A stretch of 32,000 nucleotides of DNA from Halalkalibacterium halodurans (GTDB lineage: Bacteria; Bacillota; Bacilli; Bacillales; Bacillaceae_D), in the NCBI RefSeq assembly GCF_004376175.1, contig NZ_SNUY01000019.1:25697-57696 (forward strand). The letters are read 5' to 3'. Below, piece by piece: positions 26,642 to 32,000 of the stretch. Under the pieces are notes generated by a model that saw only the letters and a program-made list of their open reading frames with translations, was not told the origin of the DNA and did no database searches. A program made the translations under genes and the position numbers. How positions within the stretch are numbered: the first letter of the stretch is position 1; each line of letters begins with the position of its first letter.

Positions 26642-26875
26642 AAAAAACCTCCGTCCCTAAAAAAGGACGGAGGTTGGATATCCGCGGTACCACCTTTTGT
26701 TGGCATAATTGCCCACTCTACTCTCATAACGCGAGACACGTCCAGCTTTTCACTGGTAGCTCAAGGGTAGGTTCAGCACATTCAGAGGCAACGGTCCTTT
26801 CAGCCTGTGGGTCCCGCTCTCTGACTGCATGAATGGATGCTTACTAATCCCTCTCATTGCCTGCAATTTTTAATT
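26642..26875 (-). promoter_or_regulatory. T-box riboswitch leader, proline-specific (CCU specifier), with terminator
   Basis: Read on the minus strand. Stem I elements: GCAATGAGAGG..AGTA, AGAGA bulge, GGCTGAAAG distal loop. Specifier loop: CTGAA-CCT-A. T-box sequence: AAAGGTGGTACCGCG (26698-26684). Terminator: AACCTCCGTCC/GGACGGAGGTT plus TTTTT (26675-26642). Confidence 0.85.
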
Positions 26876-26881
26876 GTGCTT

Positions 26882-26910
26882 ATTATAAAACGGGGGAATC
26901 CTGTAGTCAA
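26882..26910 (-). promoter_or_regulatory. Sigma-A promoter of the T-box-proBAC transcript
   Basis: Read on the minus strand: TTGACT (26910-26905), 17-nt spacer, TATAAT (26887-26882). Confidence 0.75.
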
Positions 26911-27031
26911 GGGGCTATCAGATAATTCAAATAAAATGGGTCGTCCCCATGAACTTTCGTCAACAAATGGAGAAATGATCAGCCAAAAGAACGAAATGAT
27001 TTTCAATTTGTTCTGAAAACGTTTTATAAGA

Positions 27032-27060
27032 TTCACAAGACGTTCAATTTTCGTTATGAT
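27032..27060 (+). promoter_or_regulatory. Candidate sigma-A promoter of the SDR gene
   Basis: TTCACA (27032-27037), 17-nt spacer, TATGAT (27055-27060). Confidence 0.5.
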
Positions 27061-27089
27061 ATAGGGACTGCCATATGGAGGAGAGAAGC

Positions 27090-27869
27090 ATGAGAAAGAA
27101 AACAATCTTTATTACGGGTGCTTCCAGTGGACTAGGACGACAGCTTGCCATTGACTTTTCGTGGGAAGAGACGGTGTTATGTTTGTTTGCCCGTTCTCAA
27201 GAACGTTTAGAAAATGTCCAGCGAATTGTTGTCGAAAACGGAGGCGAAGCCCATATTTATCCCGTAGATTTGGCTGATCCACAGTCGATAGATCGCTCGT
27301 TTGCAGAAGCCATCAGCGCCGTTGGTGTGGTTGATGTACTAATAAATAACGCCGGTTACGGTGTGTTTGAACCTTTCTGTGATAGTCAGATGGATGAGAA
27401 TGAACGGATGTTTCGTGTCAATGTATTCGGCTTGATGCGAGCAACAGCCGCTGTCTTACCGACGATGCGTGAACAAGGAAGCGGTCATATTATTAACATT
27501 GCGTCCCAAGCTGGAAAGATTGCTACAGCCAAATCAGCTATTTACTCTGCAACAAAGCATGCCGTTTTAGGATTTACAAACAGCCTGAGAATGGAGTTAA
27601 AAGGGACAGGGATTCATGTCTCAGCTGTGAATCCAGGACCGATCCAAACGCCATTTTTTGATCAAGCAGACAAGGAAGGCGGATATACTTCTAAAGTTCA
27701 GCGAATCATGCTCGATCCAGAAGATGTATCAGAAAAAATTGTGCAATTAACGAAAAAGCCAAAGCGCGAATTAAACCTACCTTGGTGGATGAACATTGGA
27801 GCTACTGCTTATCAGGTTGCGCCCCGTCTATTGGAGCTTTTAGCAGGGAAGCAATTTCGTCAAAAGTAA
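27090..27869 (+). CDS. Short-chain dehydrogenase/reductase (YqjQ-like)
   Basis: TGASSGLG cofactor motif, NNAG, and the catalytic S...YSATK. ATG at 27090 (SD GGAGGAGA) gives 259 aa. Confidence 0.88.
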   Translation: MRKKTIFITGASSGLGRQLAIDFSWEETVLCLFARSQERLENVQRIVVENGGEAHIYPVDLADPQSIDRSFAEAISAVGVVDVLINNAGYGVFEPFCDSQMDENERMFRVNVFGLMRATAAVLPTMREQGSGHIINIASQAGKIATAKSAIYSATKHAVLGFTNSLRMELKGTGIHVSAVNPGPIQTPFFDQADKEGGYTSKVQRIMLDPEDVSEKIVQLTKKPKRELNLPWWMNIGATAYQVAPRLLELLAGKQFRQK

Positions 27870-28062
27870 GGGTTCCTGTAAAGATGGAATAGCAACAATC
27901 ATAAATAATAGTATGGAGATCTTCATCCGATTGTTCTTTGTATTGCTGGCATACATAATCGGTGAGGATCTTTTGTTCGTTTGCACTCAAAGGCATCGTT
28001 TCAGATGGTGAAAAGGTTTCCAACACACGTTTAATCTTTTTATCGATAAAGATTTGTTCCAT
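27802..28062 (-). CDS. Small acidic protein, tentatively YqzH-like (86 aa)
   Basis: ATG at 28062 with SD GGAG plus 6 nt. MEQIFIDKKIKRVLETF....MPLSANE...L.DYV.QQYKEQSDEDLHTIIYDCCYSIFTG resembles my recollection of the YqzH family. The last ~22 codons overlap the 3' end of the convergent SDR gene. Confidence 0.5.
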   Translation of the reverse strand: MEQIFIDKKIKRVLETFSPSETMPLSANEQKILTDYVCQQYKEQSDEDLHTIIYDCCYSIFTGTLTFDEIASLLKAPIDGAQPDKQ

Positions 28063-28247
28063 AATCGTCTCCACTTCCCATTTAAGCCATTGGTCTATTC
28101 ATTATAGCAAAACGTACCCTCGTTAGGTCTTTATTACATTTAAGAAAAAATGATCAACACATTTGGGTGGATCGCTGAATAAAATACGGTGTGAAAACTT
28201 TACGATCATGATGTGATTGAAACGACCCAAAGGGGCTGATTAGACAG

Positions 28248-30095
28248 ATGTGTGGAATTACAGGCTGGGTAGATTGGCGACGCAACTTGCAAAATGAGAC
28301 GGAAACGATCAAACAGATGGCGGAAACGCAAACACATCGAGGGCCCGATGATTTGAACGTTTGGACAGAGAAGCATGCTGCCTTAGGTCACTCGCGGCTC
28401 ATTGTCGTTGATCCGGAAGGCGGTTGTCAGCCGATGATGAGGGAGAGGAATGGCAAACGCTATACGATCGTGTATAACGGCGAATTATACAATACAGAAG
28501 ATTTACGGAAAGAGCTTATAGTAAAAGGTTACCAGTTTCAAGGCCATTCGGATACGGAAGTATTACTCGTGTCTTATATCGAATGGGGTTACCAATGTGT
28601 GGAGAAGTTCAATGGCATTTTTGCGTTTGCGATTTGGAATGATAAAGATCAGAGCTTGTTTATGGCCCGCGACCGATTAGGGGTAAAGCCGCTATTTTAT
28701 ACTGTTCGCCATGGATTTTTACTTTTTGCAACTGAGATAAAAGCGCTGCTTGCTCATCCTGAAATCGAGCCGGTTCTTACCGAAGAAGGGCTATCGGAAG
28801 TGCTCGGGCTTGGGCCATCACGTTCACCGGGTAATGGCGTTTTTGATGATATTCAAGAGTTGCGACCAGCTCATCTTTTGACATACGATCGCAATGGGGC
28901 AAAAGTGAGCCGTTATTGGAGATTAAAATCAATGGCTCATTCTGAAGATGCGATGGAAACGGCCGCCCATCTTCGCGACTTATTAGAAGATACTGTTGAA
29001 CGTCAGCTATTTGCAGATGTTCCAGTTGGAATGTTTCTTTCGGGTGGAGTCGATTCGAGTGCTTTAACGGCAATTGCGGCGCTGATTTACGAGCGAGAAG
29101 GGAAGGGCCCGATTCGGACGTACTCGATTGATTATGACGAAAATGATAAGTATTTTAAAGCGAATGACTTTCAACCGAATGCCGATGGACCTTGGGTTGA
29201 AAAAGTTTCAACTACTTTTCGAACGAACCACCACAATGCTGTCATCTCGATCGAGGAGTTGGCTAATCAATTAAAGCGAGCGGTAGAGCTTCGTGACTTA
29301 CCTGGAATGGCCGATGTAGACTCTTCATTGTATTGGTTTTGTAAGCAAATCAAAAAAGATGTTACCGTTGGCTTATCGGGTGAATGTGCTGACGAAATTT
29401 TTGGTGGGTATCCTTGGTTCCATAAGCCAGAGGTCATGAATTTTAATGGGTTTCCTTGGATGAGATCAGCGGATGAACGTCAGGAGCTTCTTCATGAACG
29501 ATGGCGCCAAAAGTTAAATTTGCCCAAATACGTTCATGATCGTTATAAAGAAACGATTGCCGAAACGCCTCGCTTCGAAGAGGACACACCGGAAGAAGCG
29601 CGACGCAGGGAAATTTCGTATTTGAACATGGTCTGGTTTATGACAACGCTTCTTGATCGGAAGGATCGAATGAGCATGGGAGCGAGCTTAGAAGTGCGAG
29701 TTCCATTTTCTGACCATCGAATTGTAGAATACGCTTGGAACATTCCGTGGGAAATTAAACAATTTGGAGGGAGAGAGAAGGGCATTTTACGAAAAGCGTT
29801 GGAAGGCATCCTCCCAGATGAAGTGTTATACCGGAAAAAAAGTCCTTATCCGAAAACGCACCATCCAAAATACACGAAAATGGTCCAGCAAGAGATGGAA
29901 CGAATTCTCGGTCAAAGCGATAGCCCCCTCTTTGATGTAGTGAACCGGAAAAAGTTAAAAGAGTTAGCCGAAACTGGTGGCAAGGCATTAACGACACCTT
30001 ATTTTGGGCAGCTTATGACAGGCCCGCAGTTCCTTGCCCACTTCATCCAAATGGAGCATTGGCTTAAGCATTACAATATCAAATTAATTGGTTAA
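28248..30095 (+). CDS. asnO: Asparagine synthase (glutamine-hydrolysing), AsnO type
   Basis: MCGITGWVD with the N-terminal nucleophile Cys2, the GATase-II domain, and the PP-loop FLSGGVDSS. At 615 aa it is collinear with my recollection of B. subtilis AsnO. Confidence 0.92.
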   Translation: MCGITGWVDWRRNLQNETETIKQMAETQTHRGPDDLNVWTEKHAALGHSRLIVVDPEGGCQPMMRERNGKRYTIVYNGELYNTEDLRKELIVKGYQFQGHSDTEVLLVSYIEWGYQCVEKFNGIFAFAIWNDKDQSLFMARDRLGVKPLFYTVRHGFLLFATEIKALLAHPEIEPVLTEEGLSEVLGLGPSRSPGNGVFDDIQELRPAHLLTYDRNGAKVSRYWRLKSMAHSEDAMETAAHLRDLLEDTVERQLFADVPVGMFLSGGVDSSALTAIAALIYEREGKGPIRTYSIDYDENDKYFKANDFQPNADGPWVEKVSTTFRTNHHNAVISIEELANQLKRAVELRDLPGMADVDSSLYWFCKQIKKDVTVGLSGECADEIFGGYPWFHKPEVMNFNGFPWMRSADERQELLHERWRQKLNLPKYVHDRYKETIAETPRFEEDTPEEARRREISYLNMVWFMTTLLDRKDRMSMGASLEVRVPFSDHRIVEYAWNIPWEIKQFGGREKGILRKALEGILPDEVLYRKKSPYPKTHHPKYTKMVQQEMERILGQSDSPLFDVVNRKKLKELAETGGKALTTPYFGQLMTGPQFLAHFIQMEHWLKHYNIKLIG

Positions 30096-30104
30096 CGATT
30101 GTGC

Positions 30105-30135
30105 CCCCTCGTTTGTTGAAAAACGAGGGGCTTTT
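30105..30135 (+). terminator. Rho-independent terminator of asnO
   Basis: CCCCTCGTTT (30105-30114) pairs with AAACGAGGGG (30121-30130), followed by CTTTT. Confidence 0.8.
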
Positions 30136-30206
30136 GCTGCGTTTTGGTAGTTCTTTAGTTGTATTAGGAGGAACAGACGAATACATACTTTAGTTTTATT
30201 AATAGA

Positions 30207-30235
30207 TTGGTTTGACTAAGATTGTGTGGTATAAT
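30207..30235 (+). promoter_or_regulatory. Sigma-A promoter (extended -10) of the MCP gene
   Basis: TTGGTT (30207-30212), 17-nt spacer ending in TGg, then TATAAT (30230-30235). Confidence 0.55.
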
Positions 30236-30306
30236 TTGCTCATACAAAAATGAATAGTTATTCATTTAGTGGGGGGATAATATTGGATCAGCATGTAGAG
30301 GTTGTC

Positions 30307-31785
30307 ATGGAGCGCAATCGTTTACTCGTAAAATTAATATGGTTTATGTTCGCGTTAGGGTTAGTGAGCAATTTTGTCAGCCGAGTGCCTCAAGAAGGAA
30401 TAATTGCATATGTCATTACAGGGGTGGTACTTGGACTGGCCATCACATTCTTAACCTTTAGCGGAAAAGTTCCTCTGTTTATTCCGTATATGGTCACCGT
30501 TTGTTATGGTATTTTAACATTTGTGATTGGAATGACTTCTCCAAAACTATCAAATTACTTACTCGTTTTTATTAGTTTAGCGATCGTCGCTCTTTATCAC
30601 CAGTTTCGTGTCATTGCTTTATCTGGTGTTATCGGACTTTTATTAACAAATTATTTTTTCTTTACGTTACGTGATTCTATGTTTGTCGGTTTAGATGAAC
30701 AAGTGCTATTTTCGTTAAATTTATACGTTCTTTTATTGACGGTCATTTTAATGGCACAGGCGAAGATTGGGGAGCAAATGAGAGCGAAAGTGGAAGCCGA
30801 TCATGCCCTTGTTGTGGAGGAAAAAAAGAGAACTGAGCAACTTCTTGATCGTGTCGCAGAGACATCTCATGTCATCGAAACATTCTCAGAAAAAGTATTG
30901 AGTGAAATGGAGAAAACGAAAGATGTATCCCAAGAGCTTGTCGGTGCCTTTAACGAAGTATCGCAGGGAGTGGAACAGCAATCGGGCAGCATCACGGAAA
31001 TGAAGGAGACGATGCTGAAGCAAGACCAAGCGGTTAGCCAAATGGCCGAAGTATCTGAATCAACGAAAAAGCTGGCGAAGCAGGGAAAAGAAAAAAGTGA
31101 AGAAAGTTATACAAACATGCTTGGATGGTCTAAAGAGGTCACAGAGCTTCAAGCGACCGTCGACGAAACGTTAACGACGATTCTAGGCTTGAGCAAAAAA
31201 TCTCAGCAAATTACGTCGATTGTCGAGACCGTTAATCAAATTGCTGAACAAACGAATTTACTCGCATTGAATGCAGCGATTGAAGCAGCACGTGCGGGAG
31301 AGCAAGGAAAGGGTTTTTCCGTTGTTGCCGAAGAAGTACGCAAACTAGCGCAAGATTCCCAAGCAGCGACTCAACAAGTGAATGCTATCCTAGGCGATAT
31401 TCAAAAAATGACGGGAGCGATCTCGGAAAAAATGATGAACAGTAAAACCGTAACGGACAAAGGGGTCGAACGGGCGACAGGAATGCTTGAAAGCCTAACG
31501 ATTTCCGAGCAAATGATGTCGTCCATTGCTTCGGATTGCGAGCTTCTTGATGATCGTCTATCTTTATTGAGTAAGTCTCAAATGAGCTTGACGGAGGAGA
31601 TCGTCTCTGTTCAATCGGTGACACAGCAATCTCAAGCGATGGTGGAAGAAGTATTTGCTAGTGTGGAGCAGCAAAATCAAGCGATTCAAAATGTGACGAA
31701 GCAGCTTGAGGAGCTCAATCAATTGAACGGGCGATTAGTTGCCTCTCTTTCGCAAACGGAAAACATATCTCCTGATGAAAAATGA
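30307..31785 (+). CDS. Methyl-accepting chemotaxis protein with a 6-TM membrane-embedded N-terminal module and no periplasmic ligand-binding domain
   Basis: Highly conserved MCP tip: [36 protein letters not shown]. There are six hydrophobic helices in the first ~170 aa. The track ATG at 30250 lies about 8 nt after the predicted TSS and has no SD. Plausible starts are TTG 30283 (SD GGGGGG plus 6 nt) or ATG 30307 (SD AGAGG plus 5 nt). Confidence 0.88.
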   Translation: MERNRLLVKLIWFMFALGLVSNFVSRVPQEGIIAYVITGVVLGLAITFLTFSGKVPLFIPYMVTVCYGILTFVIGMTSPKLSNYLLVFISLAIVALYHQFRVIALSGVIGLLLTNYFFFTLRDSMFVGLDEQVLFSLNLYVLLLTVILMAQAKIGEQMRAKVEADHALVVEEKKRTEQLLDRVAETSHVIETFSEKVLSEMEKTKDVSQELVGAFNEVSQGVEQQSGSITEMKETMLKQDQAVSQMAEVSESTKKLAKQGKEKSEESYTNMLGWSKEVTELQATVDETLTTILGLSKKSQQITSIVETVNQIAEQTNLLALNAAIEAARAGEQGKGFSVVAEEVRKLAQDSQAATQQVNAILGDIQKMTGAISEKMMNSKTVTDKGVERATGMLESLTISEQMMSSIASDCELLDDRLSLLSKSQMSLTEEIVSVQSVTQQSQAMVEEVFASVEQQNQAIQNVTKQLEELNQLNGRLVASLSQTENISPDEK

Positions 31786-32000
31786 TTTTACAAAAAGTTA
31801 ACCTTTCGCCAGCTTAGCTTTCCGCTGTATAGTAAAAAGAGACAAGCCGGTTTTGAATTTTTTCAGGTAGTGCCAAAAGTTCTATGAAAAACTAGCACGG
31901 TTCATACTACCTACCATTTATTAGGTGGAAATGCCACGCTATCGCTCTTGACAAACACACCAATGGTTTATTCAGAGGTCAATCAAGGGCGAAGGGAACA

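Noticed and set aside
26613-26693. N-terminal 27-codon extension of proB in the ORF track
   Set aside because: The extension is translated from the T-box terminator hairpin and U-tract. The ATG at 26612 has a proper SD and gives the canonical [14 protein letters not shown] start.
26854-27105. 83-aa minus-strand ORF between the pro leader and the SDR gene
   Set aside because: It overlaps the proBAC promoter and T-box 5' end as well as the SDR promoter and start. It has no SD and an implausible composition.
31786-32000. Non-coding tail after the MCP gene, with an imperfect hairpin GGTAGTGC...GCAC...ACTACC (about 31866-31911) and TTGACA at about 31959
   Set aside because: The pairing is interrupted and lacks a U-tract, and the putative -35 has no good -10 at 17 nt. 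There is too little sequence before the window ends to call a terminator, a promoter or an RNA element.

Overview
This window looks like a core chromosomal segment of an alkaliphilic Bacillus. The 274-aa channel at 21806-22630 matches, from memory, NaChBac of Bacillus (Halalkalibacterium) halodurans C-125. All family assignments rest on motif recognition and recalled homologs, since no searches could be run. I count about 35 genes. In order they are: an accessory flagellar module (FliK-like C-terminus, stand-alone FlhB-C-like protein, FliS, a 464-aa flagellin, a DUF327 protein); a CPBP protease; an SRPBCC protein; NamA (old yellow enzyme); the CBS-pair protein DarB/YkuL; and a DUF4097-type lipoprotein. 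Next comes a sulfate-assimilation operon, which I read as yezD(hidden)-cysH-sat-cysP-cysC. It is followed by a reverse-strand block (TrxR-like flavoprotein, YibQ-type deacetylase, Cache-like sensor fused to an S8 subtilase) and then tnrA. A siroheme operon follows (cobA-hemD fusion, sirB, sirC), then a GNAT, a lipoprotein, aspartokinase III (YclM-type), and the NaChBac sodium channel. After a small WYL-like gene comes proB-proA-proC behind a proline T-box leader. The window ends with a YqjQ-like SDR, a YqzH-like small protein, AsnO, and a 6-TM methyl-accepting chemotaxis protein. I saw no tRNA, rRNA, CRISPR array, IS element, prophage or recognisable defence system. I therefore do not claim a clear novel system. 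Five observations seem most worth a second look. (1) The compact second flagellar export/filament module. (2) A membrane-anchored Cache-like domain fused to a subtilase, in a tight operon with a TrxR-like and a YibQ-like gene. (3) A perfect TnrA/GlnR box exactly midway between the divergent tnrA and siroheme promoters. (4) A 48-codon yezD gene, missed by the ORF track, plus a terminator/attenuator in the cysH leader. (5) A gene-poor stretch of about 490 nt beside NaChBac that carries several SD-preceded mini-ORFs. Several ORF-track starts are over-extended and are corrected in the feature list.
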